Below are positions 36,151 to 45,261 of a DNA stretch of 64,000 bases, piece after piece. Source of the DNA: a virus; the IMG/VR virus record IMGVR_UViG_3300025674_000024, positions 1 to 64,000 of that record; one strand, written 5' to 3'. The translations under genes were made by a program, and so were the position numbers. Below the pieces are notes generated by a model. It saw only the letters and a program-made list of their open reading frames with translations, was not told the origin of the DNA and did no database searches. Each line of letters starts with the position of its first letter. The stretch's first letter is position 1.

Positions 36151-37347
36151 TTACCCCTCTCCGGTGCCGTACTCCTCGAGAGTCTCTTCCTCGGAGATTC
36201 CTGGTAGGTACTGGTCCGGGCGGAAGAACTGGAACTCGCTGGCCTTGATCCAAGCTCTCCCCAGAGGGGTGTTACCTACTCTTATGTAGGTCTCTCCTTC
36301 TATTGTCAGCTTTACTCCTGCGGAAGCTGGGAAGATGGCTCCGTACTTCACGCGAGCGGTAGCGGTGTCCGGGTCGGAGGGGTCGGTGTACAGCAGAGCC
36401 TGCTGAGTGATCACCTGGCCGTAAGCTGTGACTGGGAGGCTCGAAGCTGAGAACTCCTCGGTGTTTCCGGGAGTCTCTGGAACGTAACTCTCTCCCAAGA
36501 TGCGAATCAGACCGTTAGTCAACTGCAGCAAGCGGTTACCCGTGTCCACGCCGAAGTAAGAGCGGATGGAGTTCCCATCTGAGTCCTTAATGCTGATGAC
36601 CTCGAAGCGTCCACTCGTATCGAGAGTCCCAGTCGGAACCTTCACGTACTTCGCGTCGATTTCCGCTTTGGTCATAAAGACCTGAGAAGGATCCCACTTG
36701 TAGACCAAGTCTCCGTCGTCGTTGAAAAGCACACCGCTGTAGGACGGATCGTAGTCGATTGTATCGTTGGGGGGAGGTAGCACCGGGTCGAGGATGATGC
36801 TGTCTCGTACAGCTTGCCCGGGTTGCAGAGTGGCAAGAACGTTCTGCGGGAAGAGCTTAGAGCAGTCCCCCCGAGCGACGCATGGGTCGATGGCGATACC
36901 GCGGTAGTAGTCCTGCACTACGATCTGCCACACTTGCGTGTAGGTGTAGTGCGAGGAGTCTGTGAGTCCGGTGAAACTTTCTCTTACAAGGTGAAAGGGT
37001 TCGACGATTTCTACGCCCGTGTTACAGGGGACTGTGTTAACCAGAGTCTCGTGACTGGCCGCGAGCAATTGCACGGCAAAGTCGTGCCCTGACTGAGAGA
37101 GATACGATTGGGAAGCGATATTGACCTCGAATGTCATCGTGCGCTCCATGGTCAGAGGAGCCTGACGAATCGTCTGCACGGAGGAACCCGTATAGCGCAC
37201 CACCATCGAGTTCACCATTTGGAGGATGCCCTCCTCGTCAGAGACGTCCGCGAGTCTTACCACATTGACACCGAGGGGAACGAGAGTGGAGGACAAGAGC
37301 GCGTTGGACATGTAGCGCTCGATCTTCGTAATGCTGTCTAATCGCAT
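36151..37347 (-). CDS. Tail terminator/neck-like protein (Mu gp37-like N-terminal half)
   Basis: Position after gp36-like gene; VVRYTGS...RTMTFEV...LVRESF...YTQVW pattern. Confidence 0.5.
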   Translation of the reverse strand: MRLDSITKIERYMSNALLSSTLVPLGVNVVRLADVSDEEGILQMVNSMVVRYTGSSVQTIRQAPLTMERTMTFEVNIASQSYLSQSGHDFAVQLLAASHETLVNTVPCNTGVEIVEPFHLVRESFTGLTDSSHYTYTQVWQIVVQDYYRGIAIDPCVARGDCSKLFPQNVLATLQPGQAVRDSIILDPVLPPPNDTIDYDPSYSGVLFNDDGDLVYKWDPSQVFMTKAEIDAKYVKVPTGTLDTSGRFEVISIKDSDGNSIRSYFGVDTGNRLLQLTNGLIRILGESYVPETPGNTEEFSASSLPVTAYGQVITQQALLYTDPSDPDTATARVKYGAIFPASAGVKLTIEGETYIRVGNTPLGRAWIKASEFQFFRPDQYLPGISEEETLEEYGTGEG

Positions 37348-37681
37348 TAGACTTTGCGCTCCATCATCATGGTGTTGTACACCCTGCCCGTCTTGTTGTT
37401 GCGAATGGTGAGAGCGTCCTCTTCCTCGACCAGGGCATAGTCCCTGCGGTCATTCTTATGTAGCTCAGGTTGATATAGTCATGTGCAGGGATCTCCAGGC
37501 CGGTAAGCGTGGGGATCGGGTTGCCGCTATCGTTTTTAATTTCAACGCCATCAGCAGTCACGCTTAGCGTCGCGCTGCCGATATTTACCGGAAGGGGATC
37601 TGCGGTCGAGGCGATCTTAGCGTCCCCGCTCCCGTCGACGAAGCTGATAAGACGGTTTGATACGAATCTGGGCTCTGACAT
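37347..37681 (-). pseudogene. Frameshifted or deletion-fused structural gene carrying an out-of-frame fibre C-terminal module
   Basis: -1 frame 37463..37347 reads LHKNDRRDYALVEEEDALTIRNNKTGRVYNTMMMERKV*, matching the ends of 12398..12895 and 10325..10900. Confidence 0.65.
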
Positions 37682-38079
37682 TAGACTACAGCACGGATGG
37701 ATGAGATGGCGGAACCGGAAACTTTGTAAAGTCCCCCTGTAGGAACGCCACCGGCTATCGCAGCGGCCTGATCAGCATATTCGGTAAGTTCGCTGACGAG
37801 AGCGTCCACGACAGCGTCGGAATCAAGAGAGGAAGCGACAGGAGGGACAGTAGCCGTGACCCACGCTCCCTGATAATAGACGTAGAGTTCTCCGGTGTCG
37901 GAATCCCACCACAAGTATCCGGCTTGAGGAGCTGTAGGAGGGAGAGAGTTGATGTAGACCGGAGGAGAGACTTCCGCGGAAGCTACCGCCTCCCAGGAAG
38001 TTCCGTTCCACTTCCAGGACTGGTCTCCGACCGTGTAGATCTGGTTGAGAGTGGGGGATGTGGGGAAAGAGAGTGCCAT
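37681..38079 (-). CDS. Virion structural protein
   Basis: FPTSPTLNQIY...WKWNGTSW; GYLWWDSDTGELYVYY. Confidence 0.7.
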   Translation of the reverse strand: MALSFPTSPTLNQIYTVGDQSWKWNGTSWEAVASAEVSPPVYINSLPPTAPQAGYLWWDSDTGELYVYYQGAWVTATVPPVASSLDSDAVVDALVSELTEYADQAAAIAGGVPTGGLYKVSGSAISSIRAVV

Positions 38080-38081
38080 TG

Positions 38082-39122
38082 TCAGGAGCTAGAGGAGTTG
38101 CCAGATGTGATAATAGCGCCGTCGTCCGCGGGTTGCTGAGGGAGGTAGGCCTCGTCCCCGAAATCACCCCAGTTCGGCTCATCGTTGTTGTTCTCAGCGT
38201 TGAAGAAGTCCCAACGGTAGTCCGGCACGCGATCGCCGCCGGTGTCGCTCCACCAGCCGCTGAGTCCCTTGCCGCTGACGCCGTTGTAGTATTGTGGGGT
38301 GCGCCAAGAACGGAGGAGTCCCGCTCTAGAATTGATCGCCATCTCCCCGTCCGGACGGACGGCGGGGTTGTAAGTGGTGGCGGCCTCGAGCTCCTTGATC
38401 GCTCTCTCGTAGTCCTTTAAGATGTCCTCCCGGCGTCTCACCGTGTCGAGGTAGTACCTCGCGATGATCAGAGAGGTTCGGCGACGGTTGGAGCTGACGA
38501 GCAGCTTCCCCGCTTTGGTGGACTGGTTGATGTAAGAGTCGATCAGCGCGCAAGCGTCCTGGATCGCCATCTCCAGACGTACGACGTTCGGTTGAGCGGC
38601 GTCCGCATCGTCAATGTTTGTGATCTGGATCGCTTCCTTCAGTCCGTAGGCCATGATGAAGTCGTCCGAAGTTGCCGATCTTGGGTCCGCGGAACGATCT
38701 CGCCGAGAGTAAGCTTCTCCGCTCGCGTAAGCACCGAGGTTGGACATCTCATTCCAACCTAGTTGCTCCTCAGCCGGCTTCTGAAGATTCTTTGCTTGGA
38801 CCTTAAAGAACGCGCGAACCGCATTACGACGGATCGTAGCGACGGAGGCACCAGACCTGACTGGGGCTCTGAGAGCTCGGTTAATGTCCGTAGGAGGAGT
38901 GTAGTTGACGAAGACCTTGTCACCCAGCTTAACGTTCTTCCCGAACGTGAGAGTGATCTCGTTCGTCTCAGAGTAGGCTCGGTCGGTTACTGGGATCTTC
39001 CCGTAGTTGATCGTGAAAGACGTGACTGGCACATCAATCGTATCGTCCAGAGTCTGATCAAAGACGAGAACGCCCTTGGACTGCTCCTTTATGGTAAACT
39101 CGAGTAGCTGCGGTGCCGCCAT
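38082..39122 (-). CDS. Head-tail adaptor (Mu gp36/DUF1320-like) with N-terminal SwmB/Ig-like domain
   Basis: DDFIMAYGLKEAIQIT...AIQDACALIDSYI...IARYYLD...DYERAIKEL. Confidence 0.75.
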   Translation of the reverse strand: MAAPQLLEFTIKEQSKGVLVFDQTLDDTIDVPVTSFTINYGKIPVTDRAYSETNEITLTFGKNVKLGDKVFVNYTPPTDINRALRAPVRSGASVATIRRNAVRAFFKVQAKNLQKPAEEQLGWNEMSNLGAYASGEAYSRRDRSADPRSATSDDFIMAYGLKEAIQITNIDDADAAQPNVVRLEMAIQDACALIDSYINQSTKAGKLLVSSNRRRTSLIIARYYLDTVRRREDILKDYERAIKELEAATTYNPAVRPDGEMAINSRAGLLRSWRTPQYYNGVSGKGLSGWWSDTGGDRVPDYRWDFFNAENNNDEPNWGDFGDEAYLPQQPADDGAIITSGNSSSS

Positions 39123-39125
39123 GTC

Positions 39126-39707
39126 TTACAGGTGGATGTGCAGGTAGGGATCTCCCTTGTAGTCGGGATTGAAGCCCAGGGAGGTCCAGAAAGCGTGAGG
39201 AGGATCTAGGACTCTGATTTCCGTGATGTCTCCCGGAACCTGCCCAAGGAGAGTCTTCACACCCATGAGGATTGGAGCGTCGTCTCCCCAGTTGAGGTGT
39301 TCCCAGTTGGTGATCGTAAGGACACCGTTGAAGGTTTCGTAAGAGACAGAGCCTAGGAGGACACCAGGAGGAACGTCATCGTTCTGAGTGGTGATCCGAG
39401 TGAGTTCAATGAAGTCCTCGTCAGGGTCCGTGACGGCATCAGACGTGGCTGGGTCAGTCCCGAGGAGGCCGATAGGCTGGAGGATAGAGCTGAGTATCCC
39501 CGGAAAAGATTCCAGAGAGTCGTACACGAGAACGGTAACGAATTTTCTCTCCAGAGTCTCGGTTCCGACGGTCTCAAATAGGGTGTCCTCGGACAGGGCG
39601 TAGGTCCAAGACTTGGGATTGTACGGCTTAGGACCCTCATCACCGATCTCTTCCCACCAAGAAACCTTTCGGGTAGTCGTATCGTCGGGATCGTAAGTCA
39701 ACATCAA
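39126..39707 (-). CDS. Hypothetical protein
   Basis: ORF in operon; FWTSLGF near C-terminus. Confidence 0.65.
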   Translation of the reverse strand: MMLTYDPDDTTTRKVSWWEEIGDEGPKPYNPKSWTYALSEDTLFETVGTETLERKFVTVLVYDSLESFPGILSSILQPIGLLGTDPATSDAVTDPDEDFIELTRITTQNDDVPPGVLLGSVSYETFNGVLTITNWEHLNWGDDAPILMGVKTLLGQVPGDITEIRVLDPPHAFWTSLGFNPDYKGDPYLHIHL

Positions 39708-39937
39708 AATGTCCCCAACTCAACCGTGTATCTCGTGGTGAGAAGAAGATCCTGAGTTTCTTCTTGCACTTCCGGATTGTAGTATTCAGTGAATACTTGA
39801 GCCGGATCGGGCGGCTTTACGAGAAAAGTTGGGTAGGTCTTACGAATCTCCGCCAAAAGCCCATTCACAAGATCAGCGTTTCCCAGGCTTCTCGCCCGAA
39901 AGTACTGAAATGTCAGAGCTTGGACGGAAATTCCCAT
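39704..39937 (-). CDS. Hypothetical protein (start re-assigned to MGISVQ)
   Basis: GGGTAAAA at 39961-39968 and AGGAAGG SD upstream of ATG 39937; avoids overlap with upstream gene. Confidence 0.55.
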   Translation of the reverse strand: MGISVQALTFQYFRARSLGNADLVNGLLAEIRKTYPTFLVKPPDPAQVFTEYYNPEVQEETQDLLLTTRYTVELGTF

Positions 39938-39968
39938 GTTGACTATCCTTCCTTTGTGTGTTTTACCC

Positions 39969-40238
39969 TCAGTAAACCGCAAGAACGAGATGGGGTCCAG
40001 AAATTGTTTGTATGACTGTTGGAACAAAAGTTTGTCCCCCAACACCAATGGCGGCGGGAATGATCTCACATGAAGTTTTTACTGTGAGAGATCCATTGAT
40101 GGTTACGTCTTTACAAAAAATTGTCGATCTAGCTTGTTCTTTTACTGTTGGAGCGCCAGGCACCGAACTTCCGCATCCTAATTCATCATTAGTGTTAAAT
40201 TGCGGCGTATTGAACTTGTTTCCATTAATTGAAGACAT
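39969..40238 (-). CDS. Small protein after spike gene (spike-tip candidate)
   Basis: Position; Cys/His residues. Confidence 0.45.
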   Translation of the reverse strand: MSSINGNKFNTPQFNTNDELGCGSSVPGAPTVKEQARSTIFCKDVTINGSLTVKTSCEIIPAAIGVGGQTFVPTVIQTISGPHLVLAVY

Positions 40239-40240
40239 AG

Positions 40241-40978
40241 TTAGGCTCCTCCAAACCAGTCTGAGTCAAGTGGGTTATAGCTTTGATATGAGTAGGCTTC
40301 ATCAGTTGTAGGAGCAACTTTATCCCAAATCGTTCCTTCATCCACGGGTTGCTCTCCGTCTCCGTCTGAGTCGGGTGGCTGTCGCCCGTCGTCTTGATCC
40401 TGATGAATGTGGTTAAGATCAATGTGTCTCACCCAAAAGTAAGTCCCCCTTCTTTTAAGACAAACACACAACCAATCGCTGCCGCATGGTCCTCCCTCCT
40501 CAATACACATGCACCCGATATTCTCCTCCGTTGGAGGCGGAAGTTCTCCGGAGGGATACACCGACAAACGAGTCATAGCCGAGTTCATGGGCTGCTCGGC
40601 TTTCTCGAACTCGTTAGGGTCGAAGATTGGGTCGCCAAAGTTAAGGCGGTTGGGATCTCCGTTGCGAGGGACAATAGGAACCCGTGCCTTCTTGTCTACG
40701 AGAGCTTGAGGCTGCTTTCCTTTGAGAGGAACGATCGGATAGATCCAGTCCGTCTCGGTCGGTTCTCCCGCTTGATCGAAGTCTTTCCCTTGGAGAAACT
40801 CAGGATTGACTTCATCGAGGATGAGCCTCACACGCCCGAGTTCTTCGGGATCTTCCACGTCAATGACTGTCCCGTAGGTGTTCATCATCTGACCGCTAAG
40901 ATTAGCGGCCTGCTGAGCACCACGGAACGATCTGAGGAGGACTCCGGCGAGTTGGTCTACGTTGTGATTTGTTGACAT
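40241..40978 (-). CDS. Baseplate central spike (gp5/gpV/Vgr OB-fold)
   Basis: YGTVIDVEDPEELGRVRL...TDW; HIH motif. Confidence 0.7.
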   Translation of the reverse strand: MSTNHNVDQLAGVLLRSFRGAQQAANLSGQMMNTYGTVIDVEDPEELGRVRLILDEVNPEFLQGKDFDQAGEPTETDWIYPIVPLKGKQPQALVDKKARVPIVPRNGDPNRLNFGDPIFDPNEFEKAEQPMNSAMTRLSVYPSGELPPPTEENIGCMCIEEGGPCGSDWLCVCLKRRGTYFWVRHIDLNHIHQDQDDGRQPPDSDGDGEQPVDEGTIWDKVAPTTDEAYSYQSYNPLDSDWFGGA

Positions 40979-40999
40979 GTTCCCTCTAGTTATGTCCTA

Positions 41000-41236
41000 T
41001 CAGCGATGCTTCTTCGCGCGTAGCGGGCGCTGAGAGATCTCGTACTTAGAGACGGGAGCAGCAGAAGCCTTTGGCGCGACGGCGGGTTCCGGGGCGGGCG
41101 CGGGAACTTCCGCTACAAACTCCTCTAAGTCCTCGCTCGCGGGCTCCTCCATCATCTCGTGGGTGATAAGATCCTCGGCGGGTTCTTCCTTGACGTAAGA
41201 CCCAAAGCCGAAGCCACTTCCGTATGATTCTGTCAT
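41000..41236 (-). CDS. Hypothetical protein
   Basis: ORF; AGGTAAAA at 41260-41267. Confidence 0.6.
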   Translation of the reverse strand: MTESYGSGFGFGSYVKEEPAEDLITHEMMEEPASEDLEEFVAEVPAPAPEPAVAPKASAAPVSKYEISQRPLRAKKHR

Positions 41237-41266
41237 GGTGCTTGTGATGTGTAGCTAGATTTTACC

Positions 41267-44200
41267 TTAGGCTTGTCCGTACAGCACTGGCCCCTTGCAT
41301 AAGGGAATTTCGTCGCTATGGAATAGATAACGAGACCTCGTGATGAACGGGACCTCTACGAGCTTGGCGGGAGACGGCGTGACAATTCCTTCGAAGTCTT
41401 GTGTCAAGATCTCAAAGCCGCCCTCCGTGGTGATAGACTCATTAGAGATCTCAGGCTTGCAAATGACCTTCTCGCGGTGACAGAAGAATTTCGCCGGGTC
41501 GAACACCGGGTCGTCCGCCGCCGAAAGATCGGCGACAAAGTAAGCGTAGGAGACTGTGTAGTTTGTGAACGAGGCTTCGTCCGGATCGTCTGGAAATTCG
41601 ATATTCGGGATGATTAGAGACGGAGCATCATTGACTTGGGGTTCCGTAGAGTCGTTAGGACGGAGTCGGAACGTCTCAACGTCAGTGTCGAGGAAGCCGG
41701 TGAGTCTCTCTCCGCGGTCACTGAACTTAAAGTAAGAGCCTGGGCGAGTGCCGTCGGGATTGAGCTTTCTCTCCTGGTACCCGTCGTAATCCAGCACAGC
41801 CGACAGAGTGAGTGGGGAAGAAGAATCAGGAGCCTCAAATGAGAGCACTGCATCCTCGAACCCATCCTGTAGGAATGTATCGGACTTTTCCGTCGTGGAG
41901 ATAAGGAAGTCCTCCACGTAGAAAGTCGCATAGTCGTCAAAGTCTTGCGGAGGCTCGTCGTACACCTCGTCGTAGAGGAGTGGGAGGACGTCCGTGACTG
42001 GCAGATTGGTATAAGAAGGCGGAAGCAAGCGCGAGAAGTAGGCTTGGTTAGCCATGACACTCTCGGCGCGGTTCCAGAACTTCCCGTTCCGCTGGTAGTC
42101 CACCGGCAGACGAACGTGCTGGCGATACGATGCCACATCGTCTGGGCCGGTGTTCTCGTCCGCGATGAGCGGATTGACAAAAGCATTATCCAGCCCGGGA
42201 TCGGAGACGTTGAGCACTCGGTTCTTCCAGATCCTGAGCGGATGCAGAGAGTGAGTCACCGACGGGCGCATGCGCCAAGCCGGAGCGGAGAAGATGAGCT
42301 GGTCGAGACGAACTCTGATCGGCTCCACCGGGCACGGAAAGACTTCCGGATTGCCTGGGTCAAAGCATGGTTCGCAGAAGGGATCTATTTCCTTATCGTA
42401 ATAGCCACTGTCCTTGTCTTCGGTGGGGAGCGGTGTGGTTTCGATGCGGCCATTGTCGAGAGTGCAAGCAACCTCGATGGGATCCGGGCTGTCGCCAGAG
42501 ACACACGGGATGCAGTTTAGTGGCTCTGTGATCGGAATGAGAATGGCTGGGTCTACCGCAATGCTATCATCACCCTCAGTCGTTATCTCTAGCAAAGACT
42601 CCGTAGTAAGCTCAATGAGCACTGTGACTGCACCCGTGGAGAAAAACCCGTCATCAATTGGGGGTTCTGAGTAGGGAGTGCTAGATATAAAGGTGCTATT
42701 GTCTTGGACAACACAGTCAATTGGGGGAAGAGATCCTCCGGCAAAAGACCCGTTGTTGTAAGCGATGCAAATAAGGCCTGGAGGTTGGACTAAGTCGTAC
42801 TCTGAATTGTCATAAAGAGTGCAAGTGTCAATTATGCCTCCATAGATAAGGACGGCGTCTTTTCCTGGGTCTGCGCCGTACACGTATTCCCCACCGTCAA
42901 GAGTTCCGCACTCCGCTCCGCACTCCGTATTGCTCAGGGGCGGTCGGAGAGGATTGATGCCGGGTTGGTACAATCCTCCATCAACAAATTCACAGTTAGG
43001 CGGGATGCTGCTCTCGTAATCGCAGTTGGGTACTACAATCTCGTCAAACACCCCGTCATCAAACGAGAGGAAACCGTCGATCACCCCTCCGCTAACACAG
43101 TCGAGATCGGTCTGTCCTACGAAAGCGCGAGATCCTACTAACCTATCGTACTCTCCGTCGTCCGTACCCATCCAGGCGGCTTCAGCGGGGATCGGGAAGT
43201 AGGTGGAATTGTCGAGTGATGGGTCAAAGATCCACTCTACGCACGGGAAACGAGTCTCGCCGTAAGTCGTCTTAGCTTCGTACTCAAAGGACAGTTCTGA
43301 TAGCTCGAGTCCGTCAAAAGCGATAGTATCCCCGTCATACCCGTCAGCATCAGTCCCTGACGCCGCGATGAGGATCTCGTTCCCAACTCCCGCGTCCGTG
43401 TACAGAGTCGCTCCCGCTTCTCCCGCTACGTCTACGACGAGATCATCGAAGTCAATGGTCCTCTCGTAATCCTCAGGGAGGCCATCACAGACGGAGAAAG
43501 GATCTCGATCGTACAGACCGTCTCCTACCGAGTTGGTGAAGATGATTGGGAAGTCGTAGTCTCCACCGTCTAGGTAGAACTGCCCAAGGATCGAAGGGTA
43601 CTCGCCGTTGTCGATGAAGCAGGTCGGTGGGAATAGAAATTGAACGCCGTTGCACCCGATCGGGATACTCGTCTCTGGTCCCGGATCGGTCGCTATCTCG
43701 TTCGGTTCGGAATCAAAGTACTGCCTCAGAGTGAGGACATAGTTCGGTGTCTCGCATACTCCGAACTCTGCGTCGGGCGGCTCGTAACACTCGCTGAGGT
43801 CCATCGAGCGGTCATCGATGGTAATCGCATCATCCCTCTCAGTAAAGAGCTCGGCTCTGCCCTGGTTGAATATCCCGACGTCCTCGATCGTTGATGTAGC
43901 CGTGCTCGGGTAGTCTCCGTTGTCTAGGAAGTCTACGGGAGGGTTGGTGATCAGCGCCTCGAAAGTTCCGTTGTCCGTGATCGTCGTAGACTCTTCGGGC
44001 CCGTCAGTCTCGAGTCCAAGGCCTACAAAGACTTCCGTGGTGCACGGACCGTCATCGATGGACAGCTCCTGCCCGTTCTCTAAGAGAAGCTGCTCAAGAT
44101 TCTGAGTCTCCAGGCGAATGATCTTCGTTTCCAGAGAGACTGTGGGTTGGTACAGCTCGTCACAGTCCTCTACCTTAAAGTTGTAGTGATCGGTAAGATA

Positions 44201-45046
44201 AGCAGTGGCCGGTCCGGGTTTCAGACCGACCATGTTTAGGAGGTCGACGATCGTCAGCTGAGAGAGAATGTCGTCAAGGCTGAGACCTTCTTCCTCGCTG
44301 AAGCCGTGAACGTCAAGAGCATCAAGAAGGAAGTGTGCGGAGATATGATTACCTTTGTTGCCCCAGACTCCGAAGAACTGTGACAGGAGCTGCTGGGAAG
44401 TCCAGTCGGAGATGTCACTCCACTCCTCGACAAAGAAGAGGAACGGCTTAGCGTCTGAGCCGTCCAAGAAGATTTGGATGCCAGACGGAGCCGCGTCGAG
44501 TAGGCGGACCGAAGTGATCCCCTGAGCGAGGTCCTGAGTGACAAACAGGGAAGAGTCAGTCTCGTTCGTAGTCCTCGCGTCCACGAGGCCGTCAAAGATG
44601 TACTCTCCTCCGGAGATCAACACCGGGGTCTCGGAGTATAGCAGTTCCTCGGGCTGGCCTAGCGGTACTAAGCCGACTCTCCCATCCTTCTCGAAGACGT
44701 GGAAGAGAAAGTCAGCCGAGGCTCTTACCTCGTCCCGACGGAACGGTGCTGGCCTATCTTCGTACGGCTTATCTTTGTCATATACACCAAACGTACCGAC
44801 TTGGACCGCTCTCTTCTCAGACACCGTCTGAGGCAGTCCTTTCCACTTATATGAACCGTCCGTCGTCTGGATGCGCTTGCCCCAGTATCCGTCTCCGTTG
44901 AAGCCGAGGAGTTGGGCATTCCAATCCAACTGCCCGTTGACTCGGGAGAGAACTTTGTTGAGAGTTTCCTTCTGCTTATCTGTAAAGACCTCTGGCAGAT
45001 GGCCTCTCAGCTCATACTGCTCCTTGTCAAATATAGGACGTGGCAT
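41267..45046 (-). CDS. Large acidic, Cys-rich baseplate-region protein with repeated D-[NGD]-[GS]-x-[YF] motifs
   Basis: 1259-aa ORF between baseplate genes. Confidence 0.7.
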   Translation of the reverse strand: MPRPIFDKEQYELRGHLPEVFTDKQKETLNKVLSRVNGQLDWNAQLLGFNGDGYWGKRIQTTDGSYKWKGLPQTVSEKRAVQVGTFGVYDKDKPYEDRPAPFRRDEVRASADFLFHVFEKDGRVGLVPLGQPEELLYSETPVLISGGEYIFDGLVDARTTNETDSSLFVTQDLAQGITSVRLLDAAPSGIQIFLDGSDAKPFLFFVEEWSDISDWTSQQLLSQFFGVWGNKGNHISAHFLLDALDVHGFSEEEGLSLDDILSQLTIVDLLNMVGLKPGPATAYLTDHYNFKVEDCDELYQPTVSLETKIIRLETQNLEQLLLENGQELSIDDGPCTTEVFVGLGLETDGPEESTTITDNGTFEALITNPPVDFLDNGDYPSTATSTIEDVGIFNQGRAELFTERDDAITIDDRSMDLSECYEPPDAEFGVCETPNYVLTLRQYFDSEPNEIATDPGPETSIPIGCNGVQFLFPPTCFIDNGEYPSILGQFYLDGGDYDFPIIFTNSVGDGLYDRDPFSVCDGLPEDYERTIDFDDLVVDVAGEAGATLYTDAGVGNEILIAASGTDADGYDGDTIAFDGLELSELSFEYEAKTTYGETRFPCVEWIFDPSLDNSTYFPIPAEAAWMGTDDGEYDRLVGSRAFVGQTDLDCVSGGVIDGFLSFDDGVFDEIVVPNCDYESSIPPNCEFVDGGLYQPGINPLRPPLSNTECGAECGTLDGGEYVYGADPGKDAVLIYGGIIDTCTLYDNSEYDLVQPPGLICIAYNNGSFAGGSLPPIDCVVQDNSTFISSTPYSEPPIDDGFFSTGAVTVLIELTTESLLEITTEGDDSIAVDPAILIPITEPLNCIPCVSGDSPDPIEVACTLDNGRIETTPLPTEDKDSGYYDKEIDPFCEPCFDPGNPEVFPCPVEPIRVRLDQLIFSAPAWRMRPSVTHSLHPLRIWKNRVLNVSDPGLDNAFVNPLIADENTGPDDVASYRQHVRLPVDYQRNGKFWNRAESVMANQAYFSRLLPPSYTNLPVTDVLPLLYDEVYDEPPQDFDDYATFYVEDFLISTTEKSDTFLQDGFEDAVLSFEAPDSSSPLTLSAVLDYDGYQERKLNPDGTRPGSYFKFSDRGERLTGFLDTDVETFRLRPNDSTEPQVNDAPSLIIPNIEFPDDPDEASFTNYTVSYAYFVADLSAADDPVFDPAKFFCHREKVICKPEISNESITTEGGFEILTQDFEGIVTPSPAKLVEVPFITRSRYLFHSDEIPLCKGPVLYGQA

Positions 45047-45051
45047 AACTC

Positions 45052-45261
45052 TCAGTAAGTGCCGTTGTTAGCAAGAGCGGGAAGCGCGGATTCTATCAAC
45101 TGCCTCTGATAGTCCACGTAGGCTTTAGTAGCTCCGTCATCATCCGCGTTGGGATAGACGTTGACATCAGGCTCGAGCCCGGTGATGCGATTCCCTCTCA
45201 TATCGAGAGTGCCGGTGATCTGTACTTGGGCTCCTGAGACTCTAGTATCTGCCATTGTCAA
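45052..45261 (-). CDS. Small fibre-like protein
   Basis: GTLDMRGNRITGL...DGATKAYVD; ends NNGTY. Confidence 0.7.
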   Translation of the reverse strand: MTMADTRVSGAQVQITGTLDMRGNRITGLEPDVNVYPNADDDGATKAYVDYQRQLIESALPALANNGTY

